DNA of 13,770 nt. It comes from Promethearchaeota archaeon. GTDB lineage: Archaea > Asgardarchaeota > Lokiarchaeia > Sigyniarchaeales > SOKP01. Positions 1 to 7,100 of this stretch are shown here, piece after piece (position 1 is the first letter of the stretch; each line of letters starts with the position of its first letter). The notes below the pieces were generated by a model. The model made no database searches. It was not told the DNA's origin and was given only the letters and a program-made list of their open reading frames with translations. Location of the stretch: NCBI GenBank assembly GCA_048938005.1, contig JBHLMQ010000070.1:1-13770 (forward strand). The letters are read 5' to 3'. The translations under genes and the position numbers were made by a program.

Positions 1-152
1 GGTCTATTATGTTCGGGAAATATATTTGTTCTAATTGGTATTTCCTTTCGATAATCTTGAGCTTCAATTAGAAGTGTTTTCGCATAATTTGAAATCTTGG
101 AAGCAAATGTCGCACCAGCAATTCCCGCACCGATAATTATAACATCATACAC
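1..152 (-). CDS. FAD/NAD(P)-dependent oxidoreductase (geranylgeranyl reductase-like), N-terminal part, runs off the window's left edge
   Basis: Not in the ORF track. Manual translation from GTG at 152 gives MYDVIIIGAGIAGATFASKISNYAKTLLIEAQDYRKEIPIRTNIFPEHNR..., a classic N-terminal Rossmann 'DVIIIGAGIAG' GxGxxG motif followed by 'LLIE'. An in-frame TGA at 161-159 bounds the start. Confidence 0.85.
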   Translation of the reverse strand, partial: MYDVIIIGAGIAGATFASKISNYAKTLLIEAQDYRKEIPIRTNIFPEHNR

Positions 153-188
153 AGTTAATCAAATCTATCGAATGAATCTAAATTATTT

Positions 189-236
189 GTTATAATCTTT
201 CTAATATTTTTAATTTTTAGTTAGAAAGTTTTTATA
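189..236. promoter_or_regulatory. Back-to-back divergent archaeal BRE/TATA-like promoters
   Basis: Plus strand: TTAGAAAG (221-228) directly followed by TTTTTATA (229-236). Minus strand: TTAGAAAG (204-197) directly followed by ATTATAAC (196-189). The pair lies between the divergent starts at 152 (-) and 334 (+). Confidence 0.45.
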
Positions 237-333
237 GGTGTGTCTATCTAAAATATTATGAACATTAAATTTTTTAAATAAATTAAAAAAAAAAAATAAA
301 TAAATTTAAAGGTGGTAAATTATAGGATTAAGA

Positions 334-2040
334 TTGGCTTCGGGACTTGCTCTAACTGCCTTATTTGCTTTAATTTATGCTGTAGTTTTTGTTATAGCTG
401 TCTGGTTTTTACCTGCAGCTGTAGGATGGCAATGGGGATTAATATTAATGATTGCAATTACAATTGGAATGGTATTATTCCAATATGGGATATCTCCATT
501 GATAGTAGGGTGGCTTTATAAAATCGATTGGATACCATATGAGGAATTCGCTGCGGAATTCCCACATCTAACAGATTCGCTAAATAAGGTAGTTGCATAT
601 CGCGGTATTAAAATGCCACGACTTGGAATCATCCATGATATGAATCCTAACGCATTTACATTTGGCTGGAGTAAAAATTCGGCAAGAATTGTTATAACAG
701 ATGGGATTCTAAAATACTTAAATAAAAGAGAACAAAATGCTGTGTTTTCACATGAATTAGGACATGTGGTTCATTCAGATTTTATTTTGATGACTATTGT
801 ATTCGCAATTCCCTTGATTTTATTAACAGTTGCTCGTTGGGCATATTACGCAAGTTTTTTCTCTAGAAGTAGTCGTAGTGATAGCGATGAAGCTTCAGCA
901 ATTCGACTTTTGTTAATTGTGGTTGCAGCTTTATCTTATCTCAGTTATTACTTAGGATATTTTATTTCACTGATAGTGAGCAGAATACGAGAATACTACG
1001 CTGATGAGCATAGTGCAGAAGTTTTAGAAGATCCAAACGCATTATCAACTGGACTAGTTAAAATTGCTTATGGATTATTGGTAGATGGGACTATCGAAGA
1101 AAGAAAGAAATCACGAGTACTAGCATTGAGAGGATTAGGAATTTTTGATCCGCGAGCAGCAAGAGGACTAGGTATTATAAGTGTTGGAACTACACAAGTT
1201 TTTTCAATGGAAGCAATCCAAAAAGCCGCAGCATGGGATTTGTATAATCCTTGGGCTAAATATTATCAAATTTTCTCAACACATCCATTACCAGCGAAAA
1301 GAATTATGCGATTGAATATGTTATGTGATATTTATGGTATTAAGCCAGAAATTGATTTCTCTGATGCAAAAAGATTAAAGGAAGAACAAGCAGGTAAATC
1401 AATGTGGGATGAATTCTTATGGGATATTTTCATGAAATCAATTCCTACACTTGTTTTCATAACCTTACTTGTATTAACATTTATATGGATATTCGATCTT
1501 TACGGATTTTATCATATCGCTTTTCTTACCCCAGTCTATAACAATATGTGGCTTGTATGGGCTATTGGATTTTATGTTATAGGATTTATGTCAATAATAA
1601 AAACGTTATATATGTATAAGGGAGGCTTTGAAGATAAAAAAGTAATAGACTTGGTAACTAATGTGAAAGTTTCTCCCATCAGAACCGTTCCTGCTTTCTT
1701 AGAGGGAACGATTGTTGGGAAAGGTATTCCAGGGTATTATTTCAGTGAAGATATGTACTTCCAAGACGATACAGGATTAATGTATGTTGATTACAGATTT
1801 GGAATCGGTATTGCGGATCTTATATTTTCTCTTAGAACTGTTAATAGGTTAATTGGTCAAAGGGTTCGAATAAAAGGTTGGTATAGAAGAGGTCCAATCC
1901 CGTATATTCAAGTGGATACAATATGGTCTGAGTCTGGAACAAGACACAGAAACTATGCGAGAGCTTTTAGATTTGTCTGGGCAGTTTTAGCGTTTATATT
2001 AGGTTTGGTCTGTTTCTATTTCTGGTTCGTCCCAACATAA
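334..2040 (+). CDS. Zinc metalloprotease, M48/HtpX family, with about 230-aa C-terminal membrane-anchored extension
   Basis: TTG start, 568 aa. Two N-terminal TM helices, 'PNAFTFG', HExxH motif 'HELGH' (751-765), 'SRIREYYAD' with conserved Glu and 'FSTHP', all M48/HtpX hallmarks. Extra C-terminal region has 2 TMs, a beta-rich soluble domain and a final TM. Confidence 0.92.
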   Translation: MASGLALTALFALIYAVVFVIAVWFLPAAVGWQWGLILMIAITIGMVLFQYGISPLIVGWLYKIDWIPYEEFAAEFPHLTDSLNKVVAYRGIKMPRLGIIHDMNPNAFTFGWSKNSARIVITDGILKYLNKREQNAVFSHELGHVVHSDFILMTIVFAIPLILLTVARWAYYASFFSRSSRSDSDEASAIRLLLIVVAALSYLSYYLGYFISLIVSRIREYYADEHSAEVLEDPNALSTGLVKIAYGLLVDGTIEERKKSRVLALRGLGIFDPRAARGLGIISVGTTQVFSMEAIQKAAAWDLYNPWAKYYQIFSTHPLPAKRIMRLNMLCDIYGIKPEIDFSDAKRLKEEQAGKSMWDEFLWDIFMKSIPTLVFITLLVLTFIWIFDLYGFYHIAFLTPVYNNMWLVWAIGFYVIGFMSIIKTLYMYKGGFEDKKVIDLVTNVKVSPIRTVPAFLEGTIVGKGIPGYYFSEDMYFQDDTGLMYVDYRFGIGIADLIFSLRTVNRLIGQRVRIKGWYRRGPIPYIQVDTIWSESGTRHRNYARAFRFVWAVLAFILGLVCFYFWFVPT

Positions 2041-2050
2041 TAAATTAAAA

Positions 2051-2085
2051 ATTATTTTTTTATTTCCTTTTTTATTTTTTTTGTT
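2051..2085 (+). terminator. Oligo-T archaeal-type intrinsic terminator after the M48 protease
   Basis: Several T6-T8 runs (attatttttttatttccttttttattttttttgtt) starting about 11 nt after the stop codon, in a convergent intergenic gap. Confidence 0.6.
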
Positions 2086-2092
2086 AATAGTC

Positions 2093-2851
2093 TTATATTA
2101 TATTAGTTATTTTATTAGCTACTCTAGTTAAATTTACTTCAGCCATTCCTAATGGGACAGTGCTATCATAAAGTACTACTACCAAAAGTGGATCTAATTT
2201 CCAGGGAATATCGACAACTTTCGAAAATACTTTTTGCCCATTTTCTAAAGTATAATGCATTTCTGGAAGATTCAACGCTCCAACCATATATCTGATTTCT
2301 AATTCTTTCATGGAACTAACCATAATCTCATTTGGAAGAGATGTATAAATGACATTTCCCTTAGTTGTTAAAAGAGCAGCACCAACGATCTCATTTTCAT
2401 ACATTAGTTCTTTAAACATATCAATTGCTTTTTGGTAAAATGTTTTACTCATATAAATCTCATCTTCTCCCCTGATTATCGAATCAATCATTTTATCAAG
2501 TTTGGAATTTTCAATCTGTAGATAGTCCTTTATTTTGCTGGGATCTGGAAATTCTTCAAAAAAGACATCAGAAATTCTTTCTAAACGAGTAGATACAAAC
2601 AAAAGACTCGCACTCGAATCCGATAAGATAGAAAAAATTAAATCTTCTCGTACTTTAAAGACAAATCTCAATTCTCTCATTTCAAGAATTTCTGGAGTTT
2701 TTCTAGATATAACATTCTCAGAAAATGAAAATATCGCTGAAAAGAAAGGAGTAATTAAATTAACTTCTATATTATCAAATTCTTTTGTAAAATTTCGACT
2801 GTATATACAAACTCCAGTTTTTTTCAGAATAAATAGGGAGTGAATTTTCAT
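2093..2851 (-). CDS. Longin-like N-terminal domain + roadblock/profilin-like C-terminal domain protein (Asgard eukaryotic-signature-type)
   Basis: Likely start is ATG at 2851 (MKIHSLFILKKTGVCIYSRNF..., 252 aa) rather than the track's 2899. The N-terminus fits the longin pattern ('IxSLFILxxxGxCIYSRxF', helix 'LITPFFSAIFSFS', beta hairpin, helix ending 'FFEEF'). The C-terminus 'EIVGAALLTTKGNVIYTSLP...LLVVVLY...LGMAEVNL' fits the roadblock/LC7 pattern. Fold calls are by pattern recognition only. Confidence 0.7.
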   Translation of the reverse strand: MKIHSLFILKKTGVCIYSRNFTKEFDNIEVNLITPFFSAIFSFSENVISRKTPEILEMRELRFVFKVREDLIFSILSDSSASLLFVSTRLERISDVFFEEFPDPSKIKDYLQIENSKLDKMIDSIIRGEDEIYMSKTFYQKAIDMFKELMYENEIVGAALLTTKGNVIYTSLPNEIMVSSMKELEIRYMVGALNLPEMHYTLENGQKVFSKVVDIPWKLDPLLVVVLYDSTVPLGMAEVNLTRVANKITNII

Positions 2852-2870
2852 TGAGAATGATACCTTAAAT

Positions 2871-2909
2871 ATCTTATAAGTGTAATTATAGAAACACAAT
2901 CTTATAAGT
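2871..2909. repeat. 11-bp direct repeat ATCTTATAAGT (palindromic core CTTATAAG), putative tandem TATA boxes or operator
   Basis: Identical copies at 2871-2881 and 2899-2909 (28-bp period), immediately upstream of the ATG at 2851 (-). Confidence 0.5.
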
Positions 2910-2923
2910 ATTTTTAATTAAGA

Positions 2924-3028
2924 TTATATTAAAAGAAACATAGCTACACATTCTCCTGAAACCATACAGAGATCTAAATCCTTTTCTACCTAATAATTAT
3001 TATCTTCCCATTTTTTCGCATTTATCAT
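2924..3028 (-). pseudogene. Degraded, truncated ferredoxin-like (4Fe-4S) gene remnant
   Basis: ATG at 3028 reads MINAKKWEDNNY*VEKDLDLCMVSGECVAMFLLI*, with an internal TAG at 2992-2990. 'DLDLCMVSGECV' resembles the ferredoxin 'D.D.C.GxGxCV..CP' motif. The following CP and second half are lost. Confidence 0.55.
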
Positions 3029-3131
3029 GAATAAATTGAATCTCTCGCCTTTTTTTATGTAAGATACATTTATATAATTTATAATCAAAAAAATAAATAA
3101 TTTTATCAGATAATTTTAACATGTGATTTAA

Positions 3132-4274
3132 TTGGAATTAGAAACTCTTTTTAGTCCAGAAAAAATTGGAACAGTTAGAATTAAAAACAGGATTGTGCGT
3201 TCAGCGACATACATGAGAAGCGCTGAAAAATATGGATATGTGGGGAACAAACTTATAGATATTTATAGTGAATTAGCGCGAGGGGGAACAGGATTAATAA
3301 TATCAGGTTTTACAGCGGTAGATCCAGGGGGGACTGCGAGTCCTTATCAAATGTGTTTATATGATGACTCATTTATGGCGGGTCAAAAGAGATTGGCAGA
3401 TGCAGTTCATGATTATGCTGATACTAAAATTGCTGCTCAAATTGCTCATATGGGCCATCAAGGGAGGCATCCTAAATATCCAACTGTAGCACCGTCACCA
3501 ATTCCTTCTAAATACACTGGAATAACTCCTCAAGAATTGACAACTGAAGAAGTTTATAAATTCATTAAAAATTTTATAAATACTGGACGGAGAGTATATG
3601 AGTGTGGGTATGATATGGTACAATTACATGCTGCTCATGGTTATTTTTTAAGTAATTTTATCTCACCCTATACAAACAAACGGAAAGATGATTTTGGAGG
3701 GACTACTCAGAAACGAGCGAAGATCTTAATTGATATTTATAATGGCTTAAGAGATGAATTAGGAAAAGATTTTCCAATCATTATTAAGTTACAGACAGAG
3801 GATTTCATTCCAAATGGTATATCTTTTAATGAAGGTGTTGAACTTGCTAAAATTCTATCAGAAACCGGATTTGATGCAATCGAACCTAGTGGTGGTGGAA
3901 CCGAAACGCAAGCGTTAACTAAGCATACATTTCCAAGTAAGCGAATTAAATCTCCTCAAGATGAAAATTATTTTCTACCTATTGTTAAAGCAATTAGGCC
4001 ACACATGAATAAAACTGCATTAATTCTAATGGGTGGAATTAAAAATCCATTGTTTGCCGAACGAGTATTGAAAGATAAGATTGCAGATTTTATAGCAATG
4101 TCTAGACCATTAATTTATGAGCCCGAGCTTCCAAATCGCTGGAAAGCTGGAGATTATTCTCCCGCAAAATGTATTAGTTGTAATGCTTGTTTTATGTCGA
4201 TGGGAAAAGGTCCAGTTTATTGTGTAACTAAAAAGAGTTTGGAGGATAAGGAAAAAAGGACTAAAAATCAATAA
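3132..4274 (+). CDS. NADH:flavin oxidoreductase (Old Yellow Enzyme / FMN TIM-barrel family) with C-terminal Cys cluster
   Basis: TTG start preceded by GTGAT (3123-3127). Motifs 'LFSPEKIG...IKNRIVRSAT', 'ARGGTGLIISG', 'QIAHMG', 'QLHAAHGYFLSNFISP', 'NKRKDDFGG', 'ADFIAMSRPLI.EP.LP', then CISCNAC-x10-C. Confidence 0.93.
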   Translation: MELETLFSPEKIGTVRIKNRIVRSATYMRSAEKYGYVGNKLIDIYSELARGGTGLIISGFTAVDPGGTASPYQMCLYDDSFMAGQKRLADAVHDYADTKIAAQIAHMGHQGRHPKYPTVAPSPIPSKYTGITPQELTTEEVYKFIKNFINTGRRVYECGYDMVQLHAAHGYFLSNFISPYTNKRKDDFGGTTQKRAKILIDIYNGLRDELGKDFPIIIKLQTEDFIPNGISFNEGVELAKILSETGFDAIEPSGGGTETQALTKHTFPSKRIKSPQDENYFLPIVKAIRPHMNKTALILMGGIKNPLFAERVLKDKIADFIAMSRPLIYEPELPNRWKAGDYSPAKCISCNACFMSMGKGPVYCVTKKSLEDKEKRTKNQ

Positions 4275-4296
4275 AGGTGGATTTTTAAATAAAAAA

Positions 4297-5229
4297 ATGG
4301 TTAAAATGGAAAAAAAAGTTAGTAATAATGCCTATTCGGACCATTTATTTCAATTTCGCTCAGTAGAGAGAAAAAGACTTGTATTATCATTTACGATAAC
4401 TTTGACAGTTATGGTTATAGAAGTCGTTGGGGGCCTCATTACTAACAGCATCGCTTTACTTAGTGATGCGGGTCATATGTTTACACATGCTTTCGCAATA
4501 GGTATAAGTTTATTAGCAAACTTTATCGCACGAAAACCTCCTTGCCATCACAAGACTTTTGGATTGTATAGAACAGAGGTTTTAGCCGCTTTTATTAATG
4601 GTTTATTTCTCATTCCTGTAGTAGGTATTATTATTTATGAAGCAATTCTTAGATTCTTATACCCTCAAGAAATTTTTGGATTTTATATGTTAGTAGTAGC
4701 TTTCATTGGGTTGACGGTAAACATAACAAGTATTTTGATACTTCAAGGAAGCCAAAATATTAGTTTGAATGTAAAAAGTGTATTTTACCACATGATTGCT
4801 GATGCTGCTTCATCCATAGGAATTATTATTGCCGCTTTTATTATAATGTCAACTGGGTTTGTAATTCTTGATCCTATAGTAAGTATAGGGATTTCTATTG
4901 TCATTCTCTATTGGGCTGGGGGAATCCTAAAAGAATCTGTTCGCATATTGCTCGAAATGGCACCAAAGGGAATGAATATAGATACTATTTCCGAGAATTT
5001 AAAAACTACTTTCCCTGAAATCATCGAAGTATATGATGCTCATCTTTGGACAATTATCCCTAATATACTTGTATATTCAGGGCATGTCAAACTAAATAAT
5101 GATATGATAAAAAGTAATCAAGAGGAATTTATTTCAAAAATAAATGATTTTCTATCCAAAAATTATAATATAATCGAATCAACAATACAAATCATGCCTA
5201 AAGATGCTTTAGAAGCATGTAATATTTAA
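4297..5229 (+). CDS. Cation diffusion facilitator (CDF) heavy-metal exporter, CzcD/ZitB/DmeF-like
   Basis: 'SIALLSDAGHM', 'TFGLYRTEVLAAFING', 'HMIADAASS', 'LDPIVSI', 'ILLEMAP', 'DAHLW', 'ESTIQ'. Six TMs plus cytosolic C-terminal domain. Alternative ATG at 4306. Confidence 0.95.
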   Translation: MVKMEKKVSNNAYSDHLFQFRSVERKRLVLSFTITLTVMVIEVVGGLITNSIALLSDAGHMFTHAFAIGISLLANFIARKPPCHHKTFGLYRTEVLAAFINGLFLIPVVGIIIYEAILRFLYPQEIFGFYMLVVAFIGLTVNITSILILQGSQNISLNVKSVFYHMIADAASSIGIIIAAFIIMSTGFVILDPIVSIGISIVILYWAGGILKESVRILLEMAPKGMNIDTISENLKTTFPEIIEVYDAHLWTIIPNILVYSGHVKLNNDMIKSNQEEFISKINDFLSKNYNIIESTIQIMPKDALEACNI

Positions 5230-5329
5230 AACTACTTATTTTGAAAATATAAAATAAATATTTAAATAGTTTAACAACCCAAAATTATTATTAAAAAAAA
5301 AATCAATATGATTTAAAGAGGAAACTAAA

Positions 5330-5761
5330 ATGTCAGAAAAGAGAACACCTGATATATTTGCTGCGGTAATATTAGTAGCAAGTATTGTAGGGATAATCCT
5401 TGTAGCAACTCAATGGTTTGCCAGTCTTTGGTCTGGTGCTTACTATTACCATTCTTGCTTAGATTGTGCATATGCTACGGGAGGTGATTTAGCAGCACAA
5501 ATTATTATATTGATCTTATTAATAGTTCAAATAATTGTAGCCTTAAATGATCTCCTCCCAAAACGATTTATACAAAGAGATTTATTTATATATGGCATGG
5601 GTTTAGCAGGTTTAACAGTACTTATGACAATCATAGGATTAATTTCATTTGGTGTAGTATATGAAGCATTTGAATGGTGGCCTGACACTGGATTTTATGG
5701 TGCTATTATAGTTGGAATAATCAACACCGTCTTATTCTACCTAAAATACAGAAATAGGTAA
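5330..5761 (+). CDS. Hypothetical small four-TM membrane protein with HxCxxC in the first loop
   Basis: 143 aa, GAGG upstream of ATG, four clear hydrophobic segments, loop 'WFASLWSGAYYYHSCLDCAY', followed by an oligo-T terminator. Confidence 0.8.
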   Translation: MSEKRTPDIFAAVILVASIVGIILVATQWFASLWSGAYYYHSCLDCAYATGGDLAAQIIILILLIVQIIVALNDLLPKRFIQRDLFIYGMGLAGLTVLMTIIGLISFGVVYEAFEWWPDTGFYGAIIVGIINTVLFYLKYRNR

Positions 5762-5771
5762 GTAATGTATG

Positions 5772-5800
5772 TTTTTTTTTATCTTTTTTTTCCCTTTTTT
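5772..5800 (+). terminator. Oligo-T terminator after the 4-TM gene
   Basis: T9, T8 and T6 runs (tttttttttatcttttttttccctttttt) starting about 10 nt after the stop at 5761. Confidence 0.65.
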
Positions 5801-5877
5801 GAATAATCTATTGCCTTAAATTAACTTTTTAAAATTTGGAACTTTTTGATAGGTCAAATTAGAAGGAACAAAAAATA

Positions 5878-7056
5878 ATGGAAAGAAGTTATAAATCAAA
5901 CATATCAAAAGTCTATATTTTCTCATTTATTTTAGGTATTCACACTGTAAGAGGAGTATATATCCCTTTTATGATGAAATGGGGTGGACTTTCCTTTTTT
6001 CAAATAATGATTTTACAAAGTTATTTCACAGCTATGATTGTTCTTTTTGAAATCCCTTCTGGAGCAATATCAGATTTACTAGGGCGTAAAACAGGTTTAG
6101 CACTCTCGGCGATTTCAGTTGCTATAGCAGCATTCACATATAGTATTATTCCGAATTTTTTATTATTCATGTTGGCAGAGACATTTTGGGCTTTTGGATC
6201 AGCATTAATTTCTGGAACGCAAGACGCTTTTCTCTATTTTTCTTTAAAATCTTTCGGTAAAGAACATAATCTTCCACAAACTTTAGGGAGAACTCGCACT
6301 ATAAATTTAATTGCTTTAACAATATCAGCACCAATAGGTTCTGTAATCGCAGAATTTATCTCTTTACAATTTACAATGACCTGTTTAGCTTTTATCTATA
6401 TTGGGGCATTCACAGTTGCATTAACTTTTAAAGAACCTAAATTGTTAAATAATAATTTCAAGCAACAAAGTTATTTCAGCATAATAAAATCGGGCTTTAA
6501 AGAACTGCGAAATAATAAAATTTTAAGGATTCTGGCTTTTGATTGGATTCCTATTAATGTGTTAATACTTTTTATGTTCTGGACTTATCAAGTGTATTTA
6601 GAAGTAATTCATATCCCAATAGTCTTATTCGGCTTCATTACTTCTGCAATGAATTTAATAAATGCTCTTTTTTCGATAATAATCCCCTTTTACATAAAAT
6701 CATCTAAAAATAAAAAAACTTTTCTTATCTCCATTAATTTATTAAATGGAGTAGCATATATCTTGCTAGGATTAATTAACATTATCCCATTAAGTATTGC
6801 TATTATATTAACGATAGTTGCATTTGGTTATTCCAGATTTTTAATATTTGTTGATGGAATTAATACACAAATTGCATCTGAAAATAGAGCTACGGTTCTT
6901 AGTACAATAAATATGTTTGGAAGTTTATTACGGGCAATTTTTTATCCAATTATAGGGCTTCTTGTAGAATGGAACGTTTTTGGTGTTTTTATTATGACGG
7001 GAGTAATGATTATTTTCTTTTCAGTTTTTACACGTTCGAAGAGTGAATATCTTTAA
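5878..7056 (+). CDS. Major facilitator superfamily (MFS) transporter
   Basis: 392 aa, about 12 TMs. Motif A 'EIPSGAISDLLGRK', 'GSALISGTQDAFLY', and the C-terminal-half 'SENRATVLS'. Confidence 0.93.
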   Translation: MERSYKSNISKVYIFSFILGIHTVRGVYIPFMMKWGGLSFFQIMILQSYFTAMIVLFEIPSGAISDLLGRKTGLALSAISVAIAAFTYSIIPNFLLFMLAETFWAFGSALISGTQDAFLYFSLKSFGKEHNLPQTLGRTRTINLIALTISAPIGSVIAEFISLQFTMTCLAFIYIGAFTVALTFKEPKLLNNNFKQQSYFSIIKSGFKELRNNKILRILAFDWIPINVLILFMFWTYQVYLEVIHIPIVLFGFITSAMNLINALFSIIIPFYIKSSKNKKTFLISINLLNGVAYILLGLINIIPLSIAIILTIVAFGYSRFLIFVDGINTQIASENRATVLSTINMFGSLLRAIFYPIIGLLVEWNVFGVFIMTGVMIIFFSVFTRSKSEYL

Positions 7057-7100
7057 AAAATGGAATAATAATAAAAGGACTAAAAATTAAATTGTTTTTT

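Noticed and set aside
285-296. A12 homopolymer upstream of the protease as a phase-variation tract
   Set aside because: Poly-A/T runs occur in most intergenic regions of this AT-rich window (e.g. near 5293 and 8914), and nothing indicates switching.
312-521. 69-aa Cys-rich ORF (+) overlapping the protease start
   Set aside because: Alternative frame of the hydrophobic TM-coding region of the M48 gene. The Cys richness comes from shifted GTT/GCT/TTG codons, and there is no coherent motif.
2535-2843. 102-aa ORF (+)
   Set aside because: Antisense shadow fully inside the longin-roadblock gene, with no recognisable motif.
2852-2899. N-terminal extension MCFYNYTYKIFKVSFS called by the ORF track
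   Set aside because: It overlaps TATA-like repeats, and the longin-like fold begins at MKIHSLF (ATG 2851).
2990-2992. Pyrrolysine read-through of the TAG in the ferredoxin-like remnant
   Set aside because: Read-through gives only 34 aa with an incomplete Cys motif. Decay is the simpler explanation, and no pyl genes are visible.
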